A DNA stretch of 64,000 nucleotides from an uncultured Methanosarcinales archaeon (GTDB lineage Archaea > Halobacteriota > Methanosarcinia > Methanotrichales > Methanotrichaceae): assembly GCA_963843555.1 (NCBI GenBank), contig CAWJKV010000004.1:96001-160000 (forward strand), in the 5' to 3' direction. Every line of letters begins with the position of its first letter. Within the stretch, counting starts at the first letter, position 1. The notes under the pieces were generated by a model. It saw only the letters and a program-made list of their open reading frames with translations. It did not search any database and was not told the DNA's origin. Positions 11,763 through 22,885 of the stretch are shown here, piece by piece. The position numbers and the translations under genes are program-made.

Positions 11763-13340
11763 CTACAACAATGCTTTGGCCATGTAATTTCCAACCAGAC
11801 CGTAACCCAGCCGGCGGTAGTACCCCCGAGCACCTATGCCGCTTGTGATCTCCAGGGATGCATATCCCTCCTTCCTGGCCAGGATCTCTGCCGCCTCCAC
11901 CAGGCGGGTCCCGTATCCATGATGCTGCCACCCATCCGCTCTGCTGCCGATGGGAACCATAGGACCGTAGACATGCAGCTCCCGCACCCGCGCGCGGGGG
12001 CCCAGGCGCAGGCGCAGGAAACCAACCAGAGTACCATCCTCTGCCTCGAAAGAGAAGAAGTGCTCCACTCCGCCGCATGCGTTGTATGCCTCATGCATCA
12101 GCTCCACGTCAGCCTGCAAAACCTTGCGAAGGCCCGCTTCCCGACAGCGAATACATCGACATTTGCCGCCGCGCGCTCGTAACTGCTGCTGTGCCAGCTG
12201 GCGCAGATTTGATTTCTTCACCCCCGCCACAATTAGAGGCGATGGGATGTCCCGCTGCACCCGTTGCAGTCGGACGTAGCTGGGAAGCAGTTCCTTTATG
12301 CGAGAGACCAGCTCTGCTGCAGCAGCGTCGTCCAGAGGCGCATACTCGCCCCTCTGATATTGCCGGTAGAGCTCGGTTCCCTCCACCACCAAAGTGGGGT
12401 AGATCTTGAGGTAGTCCGGCCGAAAGCGGCTGTCCGAAAAAAGCTCCCGGAAGACCTCCAGGTCCGTTTTGGGAGTTGAGCCAGGAAGCCCGGGCATCAT
12501 ATGAAAGCCCACCTTCAGGCCCGCCTCCCGAAGATTGCGGTTGGCCGCTACGGTATCCTGGACAGTGTGGCCCCGCAACATGTTTTGCAGGATGTCGTCC
12601 CGGGTGCTCTGCACACCCAGCTCCACCTTGGTGGCCCCGAGGCTGAGCATCTCCTGGATGGCTTTATGGCCGCACCAGTCTGGACGGGTTTCGAATGTGG
12701 TTCCGATGTTGCGAACCAATGCGGTCTCATTGGCCTCGGCGAGCCCGGCAAAGGACTGCCATACGACGTCTGGGTTCGACCGGGGATAATCGTTCATGGC
12801 CTGGAGGCAGCGCCGGACAAACCAGTGCTGGTAGCCGAGAGGCCGGGAGGTCATCGTCCCGCCCATGATGATGAGCTCCGACTTGTCCAGAGGATGCCCA
12901 ATCTCGTCCAGTTGAGAAAGCCTCGCCTTCACCTGGGCGTAAGGATCATAGCCGTACTGCCCCGCCCGAAGAGCTGCCGGCTCCCGGCCGGTGTAGCTTT
13001 GCGGCGAGGTGCATTGAATTCCGCCCGGACAGGGAACACATGTGCCGTGCGGGCAGCGAGCCGGAGAGGTCATGGCAGCGATGACCGCAACGCCGGAAAG
13101 GGTTCGTGTGGGCTTACGCACCAGCATCTTGAGCGCATTGCGCTCTTCCGGCAGGGCCATGGAGAGGATATCGGCATTGCTGGGAAGAGTCGCCAGTCCG
13201 AGACGGGACGAGGCATCCTTTTTTCGTTTTTCTAGATCAGCTTCCGTCTCGATTTGATCGGCTAGCATGGCATCGATGATGCATCTCATCTCCGACTTGA
13301 GTGCATTCGGATCCCTGCATGCGAGAAGCCCCTCTTTCAT
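11763..13340 (-). CDS. elp3: Elp3 tRNA U34 carboxymethyltransferase (radical SAM + KAT domains)
   Basis: [67 protein letters not shown]. Confidence 0.95.
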   Translation of the reverse strand: MKEGLLACRDPNALKSEMRCIIDAMLADQIETEADLEKRKKDASSRLGLATLPSNADILSMALPEERNALKMLVRKPTRTLSGVAVIAAMTSPARCPHGTCVPCPGGIQCTSPQSYTGREPAALRAGQYGYDPYAQVKARLSQLDEIGHPLDKSELIIMGGTMTSRPLGYQHWFVRRCLQAMNDYPRSNPDVVWQSFAGLAEANETALVRNIGTTFETRPDWCGHKAIQEMLSLGATKVELGVQSTRDDILQNMLRGHTVQDTVAANRNLREAGLKVGFHMMPGLPGSTPKTDLEVFRELFSDSRFRPDYLKIYPTLVVEGTELYRQYQRGEYAPLDDAAAAELVSRIKELLPSYVRLQRVQRDIPSPLIVAGVKKSNLRQLAQQQLRARGGKCRCIRCREAGLRKVLQADVELMHEAYNACGGVEHFFSFEAEDGTLVGFLRLRLGPRARVRELHVYGPMVPIGSRADGWQHHGYGTRLVEAAEILARKEGYASLEITSGIGARGYYRRLGYGLVGNYMAKALL

Positions 13341-13346
13341 ATGCGG

Positions 13347-13682
13347 TTATTCCCGAGGTGCACCACAGGAAGGTTCAACGTCGCTTTCGGCCTTTGCTCG
13401 CGCGTATTGCTGTTCAATCTGCTGGGCGAGGTTGCACCGCAGAAGGCCTGATACGAACATGCCTGCCAATAAAACATGCTCGCGGGGCATTTCGTTCAGC
13501 GCCTCCTTGAGATTTCCCATCGCTTCCTCCTCGCTTCCGACCACCGGGTTGAAGAGCAGATTCTTGGTCAATTCGCCGATCTTCATCATCTCCTCCGAGG
13601 GGATGCCGAAGAACCCGCGAACGATCTCCAGGACCATAGTTTCCTCATCTGGTTCGAACATATCTGAGACTGGATGATTCAT
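13347..13682 (-). CDS. Hypothetical protein
   Basis: ORF packed between the phosphoesterase and elp3 on the same strand; coding-like codon usage. Confidence 0.7.
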   Translation of the reverse strand: MNHPVSDMFEPDEETMVLEIVRGFFGIPSEEMMKIGELTKNLLFNPVVGSEEEAMGNLKEALNEMPREHVLLAGMFVSGLLRCNLAQQIEQQYARAKAESDVEPSCGAPRE

Positions 13683-13701
13683 GATGAAAAGGTTTGGCTT
13701 T

Positions 13702-14643
13702 CTAGACAAGCTTGCATAGATACAGAGACTCGGAACGGCCAAGCTGTCTCAAAGCCAGGCCATCTTCATTGAGAAAGACATAGGTATTTGGCGTCTCCAT
13801 GCCGGATCCTTTTCCCTGCTCGCGCGTGAAGCTGCCCGCGTTTACGGCCAGGGGACCGCCCTTCCTCTGAAAGATGCCCGCCCGGTGCGTATCCCCGTAA
13901 ATGAAGCAATCTACCTCCCCCTGGTTCTGGTCGCGAATGAACTTCAATATGGCATCGTATTGCCCTTCTACGGAAGCAAAGTGCTGCTTACGAAAGACCC
14001 CTGATGTGAACTTTTGCAGCAAGTTGGAGGCTTTCCAGATGCGATCCTCGAAGGAGACCATCTCCCCAATGTAGGCAGAGCGGTAGATGCTCTCGTAGGC
14101 GTAGGTCATCATCATCTCCAGGTCCGCGGGCAGAAGCTCTTCTCCGGAGAGTCTGCGCAGCTTCTCTACCAGCTGCATAGTAAAGGTCTGGATGCCATCC
14201 AGGTGATGGCCGTGGGTGAAGAGAACTGTCCGGTGACAACAACTGACCCGGTAAGTAGGATAGAGCATATCGATATTCAGGCCGTTGATGGACTGGCACC
14301 AGCGGAGTGAGGGGATATAAACAGGAAAAAGATCGCCCCTTGCCATCCTCTCCATGAACTCGTCCTCCTGCTTTTGCACCACCAGGTGATGATCGTGATT
14401 TCCCACCACGTAGCGAATCTTCAGGTCCTCTTGAGATAGCCGCTTCAGAAAATAGATTGAGTCTCGCACGGCATTCTCTGGCCGAACCCTCCAGAAATCG
14501 AAGATATCGCCCAGGAGAACGACCTCATCGCAGCCGTTCCCGAATTCCGATATCTCTCGCATTAACTGGTCGACCTTTGCGGGATCATTCAGTGTCGACG
14601 AGCCCAAACCAAAGTGCGTATCTGAGATTATCACCGATGCCAT
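13702..14643 (-). CDS. Calcineurin-like metallophosphoesterase
   Basis: ISDTHFG, LLGDIFD, VGNHD, THGH, GDTH motifs. Confidence 0.88.
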   Translation of the reverse strand: MASVIISDTHFGLGSSTLNDPAKVDQLMREISEFGNGCDEVVLLGDIFDFWRVRPENAVRDSIYFLKRLSQEDLKIRYVVGNHDHHLVVQKQEDEFMERMARGDLFPVYIPSLRWCQSINGLNIDMLYPTYRVSCCHRTVLFTHGHHLDGIQTFTMQLVEKLRRLSGEELLPADLEMMMTYAYESIYRSAYIGEMVSFEDRIWKASNLLQKFTSGVFRKQHFASVEGQYDAILKFIRDQNQGEVDCFIYGDTHRAGIFQRKGGPLAVNAGSFTREQGKGSGMETPNTYVFLNEDGLALRQLGRSESLYLCKLV

Positions 14644-14789
14644 GCCCTTCCCCTTTGCATATGTTTATTACTGTTGTTATTTATAAATATTGTGAGCCGC
14701 GATAGATGAAAGTAATGAACATATAGGAATCCAGCTGCTAATCGAGCAAAAGGCAAAAATACGAATCTCCAAGAAAGAGAACTATCAGA

Positions 14790-15663
14790 ATGATCGACAT
14801 CGCCATTCCCAAGGGCAGCCTGCAAAACCAGACCCTGCAGCTCTTCGAGCAGGCGGGGCTTGAGGTTAAGAGAACGGAGCGAGAGTACAACGCCCGTATT
14901 GAAGATCCCCGCATCGGCAAGGTGAAGATCCTCCGCCCTCAGGAGATACCGGGATATGTGGCCAAAGGCTACTTCGATCTGGGCATCTCCGGAACGGACT
15001 GGATAATGGAGTCGGGAGCCGTAGTGACCAAGGTCACTGAGCTCAACTATGGCAAACAGGGGCCGGGCACTGTAAAGCTGGTCGTGGCCGTGCCCGAAAG
15101 CCTGGACATCCAATCCGCCCGCCAGATAAAGCCGGGAAGCCGCGTGGCCACAGAATATCCGAGCCTCACTCAGGCCTTCTTCCTGGGCCTGGGAATACCT
15201 GTGGAGATTCAATTCTCCTTTGGAGCCACTGAGGCCAAAGTCCCAGAACTCACCGACGTGGTCGTCGATCTCACAGAGACCGGCTCGACATTGAAGAAGA
15301 ACGGCCTGAAGATCATAGATGTCATGCTGGAGTCCACATCGGAACTGATAGCCAACAAGAAGAGCTATGCCAATCGCGGAGAAGCATGAGGAGATCATCG
15401 CAGTGGAGACGCTGCTCTCTGCGGTGATCAGGGCCAGGGGAAAGACTCTGTTGAAGATGAATGTGCCCGAGGATTCGATAAAGGATGTTGTCTCCATGCT
15501 GCCCAGCATGAAGAACCCCACTATCTCCAAGCTCTACAACACCCACTATTATGCCGTGGAAACGGTGGTAGATAGATCGCAGGTCAATCTGCTCATCCCC
15601 CTGTTGAAAAAGTCAGGGGCAGAGGATATCCTGGAGCTGGCCATCTCCAAGATAGTGCCCTGA
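14790..15663 (+). CDS. hisG: ATP phosphoribosyltransferase, long form (one frameshift near 15370)
   Basis: IAIPKGSL, LRPQEIP, DLGISG, VATEYP, SFGATEAK, VDLTETGSTL; C-terminal regulatory domain is in the shifted frame. Confidence 0.93.
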
Positions 15664-15675
15664 TATCATCATTTA

Positions 15676-15695
15676 TAGAAAAAAATTAGAAAGAA
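15676..15695 (-). terminator. Oligo-T terminator downstream of tRNA-Arg
   Basis: Minus strand reads TTCTTTCTAATTTTTTTCTA about 15 nt after the tRNA 3' end. Confidence 0.45.
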
Positions 15696-15710
15696 CGGAT
15701 GGAAAGCGAG

Positions 15711-15785
15711 CGGGCGCGGGGGGATTCGAACCCCCGATCTACAGCTTAGGAGGCTGCCGCCTTATCCGGACTAGGCCACGCGCCC
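15711..15785 (-). tRNA. tRNA-Arg(CCT), intronless, CCA not encoded
   Basis: Reverse complement GGGCGCGTGGCCTAGTCCGGATAAGGCGGCAGCCTCCTAAGCTGTAGATCGGGGGTTCGAATCCCCCCGCGCCCG folds as a cloverleaf; anticodon loop CT-CCT-AA. Confidence 0.96.
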
Positions 15786-15871
15786 TTTTCAGCCTTTTCC
15801 GTATAACCAACACGTATATCAATCTTTCCGGATTGGATATCGGCTCCGTTCTTCGCGATATCGCTTTTTTC

Positions 15872-17391
15872 TCAGCGGATGAGCACCCCACTCAGGACTA
15901 CCACGAAGAGGCCCAGGAAGAACCAGCCCAAGATCCCTTCCGCCATGGCCAGATGCCTGTAAACACCTACCGGATAGGTGTTAACTGGCGCCTGGGAGGT
16001 GGTGAACATGGCTATGCTGAAGTACAGAGCATCAGTGAGAGAGACACGCTTGCTGGGCTTCAGCCTTGGATTACCGGGAAGCTCCATGCCGTCGATCTCG
16101 AACTTGCTCATGCCCTTTCCTGCCCAGTACACCAAACCAAAAATGAGAATGGTAAAGAGACACCAGAAAACGGTGTAGCTTACCCGAACCCCATAGCCGC
16201 AGGAGAGCCAGGATATGATATCCGATAACTTGGCCCAGCCCCAGGGGCTGTCAGGTCCTGGCCAATTCTGCGGTATTGATAGTAGCATTCATCGGCATCT
16301 TCAAACCACTCCAGGCTCTTTATAGTTCTTCACCAGGGCGAGATATGCAGCACCGTTGTACATCCAGGCGATCCTCAATGACATCCCAGTGCACCATGAA
16401 CTTGGTGAAGTCTGCGTTGTTGAGGTTGATCTTGGTTTCTTCTCCAAATGTGACATTGTCCAGCTGCATGCTGTAGAGCCTGGACTGCCTCCAGAATCAG
16501 ATCTTTATCAAATCGGGCGCCAATGAAGTAGGCCAGATCGGAAAACTTTACGCCTCCAAAGTAGGCGGTCTCCATGAAACCGACACCTGAGAAGTCTGCC
16601 AAACCTCCGAAGTTGGACAGGCCAAAAGTGCTGCCCTTCTGAAACTGGGCATTCCTGAATACCACGTCGCTGGCAAAACGAGTGGCAGCAAATGTGGCAT
16701 TTCCCCGGAATTGAGCATCAAGGAAGGAGGCATGCCCGTCGAACTGCGTCTCCAGGAAGATGACATTATCGAAGATCGTATTCCCAAAGGACCCTATCCG
16801 TAAGAATCGGGCAAAATTAAAGTCCACATCTTTGGCAAAGCCGGAGCTGAGGAAGATGGCATCTCCATCAAACCGGACACTTCCAAAGCTGGTGTCATTT
16901 AGAAAGAGGGCGCTCAAGAATGCAGCCTGCCCCCCGAAATGGGAGGCTCGGAAATCGGCCTCTCCCATAAAAAGGGCACCGGAGAAACTGGCATCCCCCA
17001 GGAAACTCGTCTTGGCAAAGCTGACGTTCTCTTGAAAAATGCTTCCTCGAAGATCCAGTGCTTCTTCGAAGCTGGCCCCATTGGAGTTCACTGGGCCCAG
17101 GAAGCGAGAATTGGTTATCTTCACCGATTGCTTCACCGGCCCCGACAGATTGGTCAGATCCAGCGGGCCGATTATGGAAACATTATCATAGTCCACTGGC
17201 TCGCCCGAACTTATTTGGGCCAGGAGATCTTCTGCCCTGAGATTGAAATTGTCCTGCTGGGCCTGCAGGGAGGAGCCATCCGCCCCTGTTTGCGCTGAAG
17301 AGGCATTGCACAATAGCATTAGGAAGAGCAGCAGAGTCCATTTAGAGATTGCAACCACAGATCCCGTTTGAAGCGTCCGAGGATTTATCAT
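15872..17391 (-). CDS. Pentapeptide-repeat protein with C-terminal two-TM ion-channel-like domain (frameshifts near 16480 and 16280)
   Basis: Signal-like N terminus; A/xxF-xxA-xF repeats; C-terminal WLSCGYGVR, ALYFSIAMFTT, EGILGWFFLGLFVVVL. Confidence 0.85.
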
Positions 17392-17398
17392 TTTTGTA

Positions 17399-18890
17399 TT
17401 ACCGGATCATAACCCTGCCCAGAGTCACCAGGAACAAAGCCAGCAGCAGCCAGCCAAGGATTCCTTCCAGGATGACATTATACCTGTGCCGGCCCACGGG
17501 CAGGAAGTCGATGGGCCCCTGGGAGAGGAAGATCATGGTGCTGAAGAAGAGCGCATTGCGGAAGGTGACGCGCTCTGGAACTGCATCCTGTTCGGCTGGC
17601 TCATTGATGGGCTTGGCGGACCTGCGAATGCCGTCTCCTCTCCAGTAGACCAGAGCAAAGGCGAGAATGGTCAGAAGCGCCCAGGCCACGGCATAGCCCG
17701 GCCGGACTCCATAGCCGCAGGAGAGCCAGGCCAGAACATCGATGGCCTTTGACGCCCCCCATCCCTTCTGAGATTGATCGAGCTTTCGATATTGGTAATA
17801 GCAGTCGTCCTCGTCTTCAGACCAGCCCAGGCCGTGATAATTGCTGACCAGAGCCAGATAGGCCCCCGGGTCCCAGACCACATGGTCGTCGATGTCCTTC
17901 CAGTGGGCTTTGAAGCGAGCAAAGTCGGTGTCATTGAGAATGATACGAGAGTGCGTGTCCAGCGCCACCTCATCGAAGAGCAGGGTGGAGATCGATCCGC
18001 CCTTGAAGTTGAGGTCTCCATCGAACCCTGGCGCTCTGGAAGCTGGCGATGTCCTCGAATTTGGCCAGGCCGAATAAGGCATCCTTGTGGAAAACGGCAC
18101 CGGAGAAGTAGGAGGCATCGGAAAAGCGGGCCAGATTGAAGCCCGCCTCCTCGGAAAAAACCGCTCCGCCAAAGGAGGAGAGGCCCGAGAATTTGGCCAG
18201 GCCGAATTGCACTGGACCGGAAAAGACTGCCTCGGAAAAACCGGCGGTGTTGAAGCGGGACTGGAAGAAGTTGGCTGCGGCCCCGAAGGAAGCAGCAGAA
18301 AAATCCGCTGCTCCTGAAAAATCGACGTCCGAGAAGAGAACGTCCTGGAAGAATTGCGCGCCTGTGAAGTAGCTGTATGAATCGAAGCTGGAATAGTTGA
18401 AATCTGCAATCCCATTGAATATCACATCATTGAAGCTGGCGTCCTGGTGAAACTCTGCATCCTCGAAACTGACAGATCCCAGGAACAGAGCCCCATCGAA
18501 GACCGTGGGCCCGCTAAAGGAGTCCCGACGAAAGCTGACCTGCTGAAAGCTGGTGTTGGCAAAGTCCGCGATGCCCAGAAAGCTGGCTCTGTCAAAGCTG
18601 GCGTTGCCAAAGGTCGTGCCCCAGAAGGTGGCATCCTTCGCGAAGGTGACGCCGTCAAACGTGGCATTGACAATAGTTGAGTTTGTGAGCGCGAAAGAGT
18701 CTGTCACTATGGCACCGGGCAGGGATTGGAGATCCAGGTCACCCGAAACCAGGACGCCATCGTAATAAATAGGTTGGTGGCTCTCTATTTGGGCCAATAG
18801 CTTTTCTGCAGGAATAACTTCCTGAGCGTTCGAAGCGAATAACACCGACATCGCCAGAACGGCAATCATCGCCAGATCTCGCCAGGCCAT
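17399..18890 (-). CDS. Second pentapeptide-repeat/two-TM channel-like protein (frameshift near 18025)
   Basis: Signal peptide MAWRDLAMIAVLAMSVLFASNA; pentapeptide repeats; WLSCGYGVRP, ALFFSTMIFLS, EGILGWLLLALFLVTL. Confidence 0.85.
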
Positions 18891-19098
18891 CCATTCGCTC
18901 TTAGGACTGCCTGGTCATATTCTTTGCTATCTCTCCATCTCACAATACGATAGCTAATCCTCTGCTTGCACTAAATTCAATTTGTTATTAATGAAAACCC
19001 AAGATCGCATATTTCAGACGGAGAACATGCATCTGATTACCTCTACAATATGGCTCTGCGTAACTATATATCGCTGGATATTTCTTTCAGCTCTCAGC

Positions 19099-20016
19099 AT
19101 GGAAACTCAAGATCTCGCCAAACAAATCCTCGCCCGCCAGGGCTACCATCTCGCGGGCTCGGGCGCTGTCAAGCCCTGCCTCTGGCTCAACCGCTCCATG
19201 CGGGGCGGCGATCAGTGCTACAAGCACCACTTCTACGGCATATCCAGCCACCGCTGCGTGCAGATGACGCCCACACTAGAGTGCAATCATCTCTGCCTGC
19301 ACTGCTGGAGACCGGTAGACGACCCAAGACCGGAAAAAGAGCCCACAGAGCCAGCAGAGCTATTGGAAGGCATCCTGCAGGGGCAGAAGAAGTTTCTCTC
19401 CGGCTACGGCGGGGCCAAGACCACCGATCCTGAACGTCTGGCTGAGGCGCGAGAGCCCAGGCATATAGCTATCTCCCTCATGGGCGAGCCCACCCTTTAT
19501 CCCTATCTGAAGGAGTTCATCGATCTTATCTCGCGGAGGGGCATGACCACCTTTCTGGTCAGCAATGCCACTCACCCCGAGGTTCTGGCTGAACTCAGAC
19601 CGACACAGCTCTATCTCAGCCTCAATGCACCCGACGAAGAGCTTTACCGGCACGTATGCCAACCAGCAGGCGACCTCTGGCCCAGGATCCTGGAGTCCCT
19701 GGATATCCTGAAAGAGCACCGCTGCCGCAGCGTGATCCGCATGACGCTGGCACGCGGTTTGAATATGGAAAAGCCGGAGGACTATGCCCGCATTATCGAG
19801 AGAGCTGAGCCTGACTTTGTGGAGGTCAAGGCTTACATGCATCTGGGGCGCTCCCGAGACCGGCTGGAGAGAGAGGCCATGCCACAGCATCATGAGATCC
19901 TGGCCTATGCCCGCGCTCTGGCGAGCGAACTCGGCTACGAGCAGGAGGCGGAAGTGCCCTTAAGCCGGGTTGCGCTCCTCTCCAGCGGGCGGATCTCCAG
20001 AATCCTGGACTTGTGA
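19099..20016 (+). CDS. taw1: 4-demethylwyosine synthase Taw1/TYW1 (radical SAM)
   Basis: AVKPCLW, CYKHHFYGISSHRCVQMTP, CNHLCLHCWRP, AISLMGEPTLYP, FVEVKAYM. Confidence 0.95.
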   Translation: METQDLAKQILARQGYHLAGSGAVKPCLWLNRSMRGGDQCYKHHFYGISSHRCVQMTPTLECNHLCLHCWRPVDDPRPEKEPTEPAELLEGILQGQKKFLSGYGGAKTTDPERLAEAREPRHIAISLMGEPTLYPYLKEFIDLISRRGMTTFLVSNATHPEVLAELRPTQLYLSLNAPDEELYRHVCQPAGDLWPRILESLDILKEHRCRSVIRMTLARGLNMEKPEDYARIIERAEPDFVEVKAYMHLGRSRDRLEREAMPQHHEILAYARALASELGYEQEAEVPLSRVALLSSGRISRILDL

Positions 20017-20190
20017 TTTGATGATCGGCTAGGCCCGGGCAGACGGGAGATCAACCCGCCAGAGTCCGAAAGCTGTGGTTTGCAGAGCTTAGGGTCTGCG
20101 GAATTTCTCTAGCATTCTCAACAAAAAATCGATACTTTGCAGCCCTGGAAAGTCATCTATAAATCCGGAGAGAACCAAGAGATTGGCTAA

Positions 20191-21174
20191 ATGCCTGAGA
20201 ACATCATAGAGGTAAAGAACCTTGAATACAAGTATGGCGACTTCAAGGCTGTAGATGACGTCAGCTTCTTCGTCCGGAAGGGCGAGATCTTCTCCTTCCT
20301 CGGTCCCAACGGCGCAGGAAAGAGCACTGTAATCAACATTCTCACGACTCTTCTACCCATTCAGAAGGGCTCTGCCACCATTGCCGGACACAATCTGTCC
20401 ACAGAGCCCCAGGAGGTTCGTAAGTCCATCGGCATCGTCTTTCAGGATGAGACTCTGGATCGTGATCTCACTGTCTGGGAGACTCTGGAGCTGCACGGCA
20501 GGATCTATTCCATGCCCAAAGATGAAAGAAAAGAAAGGATTGAGGAGATCATCCACCTCGTAGAACTGGAGGAGAAGAGGAATGTTCGTACCCGCTACCT
20601 TTCGGGCGGCATGAAACGCCGTCTGGAGATTGGAAGGGGCCTGATGACCCGGCCCCGAGTGCTCTTCCTGGATGAGCCCACCATCGGTCTGGATACCCAA
20701 ACCAGGCGCAGGCTTTGGGACTACATCAAAACGGTTAACGATTCGGGAACTACGATTTTTCTGACCACCCATTACATGGATGAGGCGGACCAGGTCAGCA
20801 ACTGGATCGACATCCTGGACCACGGCAAAATCATCGCCTCCGGAGATCCGGCCCGGCTCAAGGATGCCCTGGGAAATGATATGATCTACATCGATACCAG
20901 CGACAACGAAACCGCCGAGAAACTGTTGAAAGGCCTCGGGGCTGTCAGAAGCATAAAGACCGCAACCCAGGGGCTGGTGGTCACCATCAACACCGATGGC
21001 ACGCACTGCCTTCCGATCTTGATGAGCCGGATCAAAGAGAAAGGCATTGAAATCATCAGCGTGAACCTGAAGAAGCCCACACTGGATGACGTCTTCATCC
21101 ATTACACCGGCCGGGACATCAGAAATGCCGGGGCGGAGAAGCTACCCAGGTTCCAGCCCAGGAGTGGGAGATAG
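20191..21174 (+). CDS. ABC exporter ATP-binding subunit (DrrA-like)
   Basis: GPNGAGKS Walker A, LSGGMKRRL, LFLDEPT, TTHYMDEAD, KPTLDDVF. Confidence 0.93.
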   Translation: MPENIIEVKNLEYKYGDFKAVDDVSFFVRKGEIFSFLGPNGAGKSTVINILTTLLPIQKGSATIAGHNLSTEPQEVRKSIGIVFQDETLDRDLTVWETLELHGRIYSMPKDERKERIEEIIHLVELEEKRNVRTRYLSGGMKRRLEIGRGLMTRPRVLFLDEPTIGLDTQTRRRLWDYIKTVNDSGTTIFLTTHYMDEADQVSNWIDILDHGKIIASGDPARLKDALGNDMIYIDTSDNETAEKLLKGLGAVRSIKTATQGLVVTINTDGTHCLPILMSRIKEKGIEIISVNLKKPTLDDVFIHYTGRDIRNAGAEKLPRFQPRSGR

Positions 21175-21177
21175 GAA

Positions 21178-22014
21178 ATGTCCACCGAATTCTTGACTAT
21201 CTATTGGCGCGATATGCTGAGGTTCGTTCGTTTCAGGATTGTCCTGGTAGTATCCCTGATTCAGCCGATGCTCTGGATGGCTCTGTATGGAGCGGCCATG
21301 TCCAACAACTTCAGCCGACTCAGCTCCGGCATGGTCGTGCCCGTAGACGCAGTAAGCGTCTCCTATCTGACGTTCATGGGTGCAGGAGTGATTGCCTTGA
21401 CTACGCTCTTCACCAGTCTCTTCGGCGGCATCACTCTCCTCTTTGACAAGAACTGGGGGCTTATGAGGGAACTGTTGGCCAGCCCCATGCCCCGATACCA
21501 CATCATAGTGGGCATTGGGCTATCAGGCGTCACTAAGTCCTTCATTCAGGTTATGGTCATCATAGGCTTTGGCCTGGTCATAGGCGTTCGATTCTTCCCA
21601 GGATACTCATCGCTTCATACGGTAATTGCCATCTTGGGAGTGCTGCTCTTTGTGGGAATATTCTCCCTGGGCTTTCTCTTCCTATCCTCTGCCATATCTA
21701 TGAGCATGGAGACGCCCGAAGGGCTGCAGGCGGTCATCACTCTCCTGACACTGCCGCTCTTCTTTGCCAGTACTGCCCTCTATCCCATCGATGCCTTCCC
21801 GGGGCCGGTGCGAGTCCTGTCCCAGTTCAATCCCCTGACCCACCTGGTCAATGGCGTGCGCTACTTTGCCGTCGGCCAGGACTTTTACGCCATCGGCATC
21901 CATTATGTTTACAACACCAACGATCTGGTCCTCTCGCTCCTGGCGCTGACGGGATTCGCTGCGATTATGTTCCTGGTGGCCTGGAGGGTCTTCCAGAAGG
22001 CGGTGGTAACCTGA
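21178..22014 (+). CDS. ABC-2 type exporter permease (DrrB-like)
   Basis: Six hydrophobic segments, ELLASP, NPLTH; starts 3 nt after the ATPase gene. Confidence 0.9.
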   Translation: MSTEFLTIYWRDMLRFVRFRIVLVVSLIQPMLWMALYGAAMSNNFSRLSSGMVVPVDAVSVSYLTFMGAGVIALTTLFTSLFGGITLLFDKNWGLMRELLASPMPRYHIIVGIGLSGVTKSFIQVMVIIGFGLVIGVRFFPGYSSLHTVIAILGVLLFVGIFSLGFLFLSSAISMSMETPEGLQAVITLLTLPLFFASTALYPIDAFPGPVRVLSQFNPLTHLVNGVRYFAVGQDFYAIGIHYVYNTNDLVLSLLALTGFAAIMFLVAWRVFQKAVVT

Positions 22015-22152
22015 ATCAGTCCAGACACGGGAAAAGACCCGGGTGGCCAGAGTCCAAAGAATATTAAGGGAATTTACAGATTGCCCGAGAAATTATTAAG
22101 AAATATCATGGTTACATTATGATGCAATTGAGATGCAATAGGAGGTTATGAT

Positions 22153-22845
22153 ATGAAGATCTTAGGAATCTGTGCCAGCCCGAGGGGCTCGAAGAGCGCG
22201 ACGCTCCGTTTGGTTAAGGCCGCGCTGGAAGGAGCTGCTGAGAACGGGGCAACTGTAGAGCTGGTGGATGTCTGCGATTTAGACATCAAGTACTGCAACG
22301 CCTGCCAGGTCTGTTTTAAGACGGGAAAATGTGTGCATGAAGACGACTTCGAGGAGCTTTACAGCAAGATTCTGGCAGCTGACGGCCTGGTTTGGGGATC
22401 GCCCAACTACTTTCACACTGTGACGGCGCAGATGAAGACGCTCATCGACCGCATGGCAGACGCTATTCACTGCCAGCTCCTCGCGGGAAAGTACTGCTGC
22501 AGCGTGGCTACCGGCGGCAACAACTACGAACAGGTCACGACTTACCTGGACGGTCTGATGATGAACTTTGGAGCCTTCGTCACAGGAAGCGTGGGGGCGC
22601 AGATGTCCAAAGGACCGGGATCGCTGGAAGAGGCGGAAAAGAAGGCCTTACAGCTGGGAAAGGCTCTGGCCGAGGACGTGCGTCTCAAGCGCGATTACAT
22701 CGAACAGCGGGAGATGCAAGAGGAGACCAGGAGCTACTTCAAAGCCCTGGTAAAGATGAACAAAGATAACTGGGAGCACGAATACGAATACTGGAATCAG
22801 ATCAACTGGAAATTGATTGCCTCATCCATAAGCCACATCCATTAG
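22153..22845 (+). CDS. Iron-sulfur flavoprotein / flavodoxin-family FMN reductase
   Basis: MKILGICASPR, CNACQVCFKTGKC (Cx2Cx2Cx5C), GSPNY, KTLIDR; GGAGG SD. Confidence 0.9.
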   Translation: MKILGICASPRGSKSATLRLVKAALEGAAENGATVELVDVCDLDIKYCNACQVCFKTGKCVHEDDFEELYSKILAADGLVWGSPNYFHTVTAQMKTLIDRMADAIHCQLLAGKYCCSVATGGNNYEQVTTYLDGLMMNFGAFVTGSVGAQMSKGPGSLEEAEKKALQLGKALAEDVRLKRDYIEQREMQEETRSYFKALVKMNKDNWEHEYEYWNQINWKLIASSISHIH

Positions 22846-22885
22846 GCCGCACAACTTTTAATATCTTCCAGGTCCATTATTAAGT

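Noticed and set aside
14790..15663. Programmed frameshifting in hisG, prs, hisC or priS
   Set aside because: No shared slippery sequence or stimulatory structure; the scattered indels fit sequencing error better
15663..18890. tRNA-Arg as integration site for the pentapeptide genes
   Set aside because: The genes lie on the tRNA 5' side, with no integrase and no duplicate of this tRNA's 3' end
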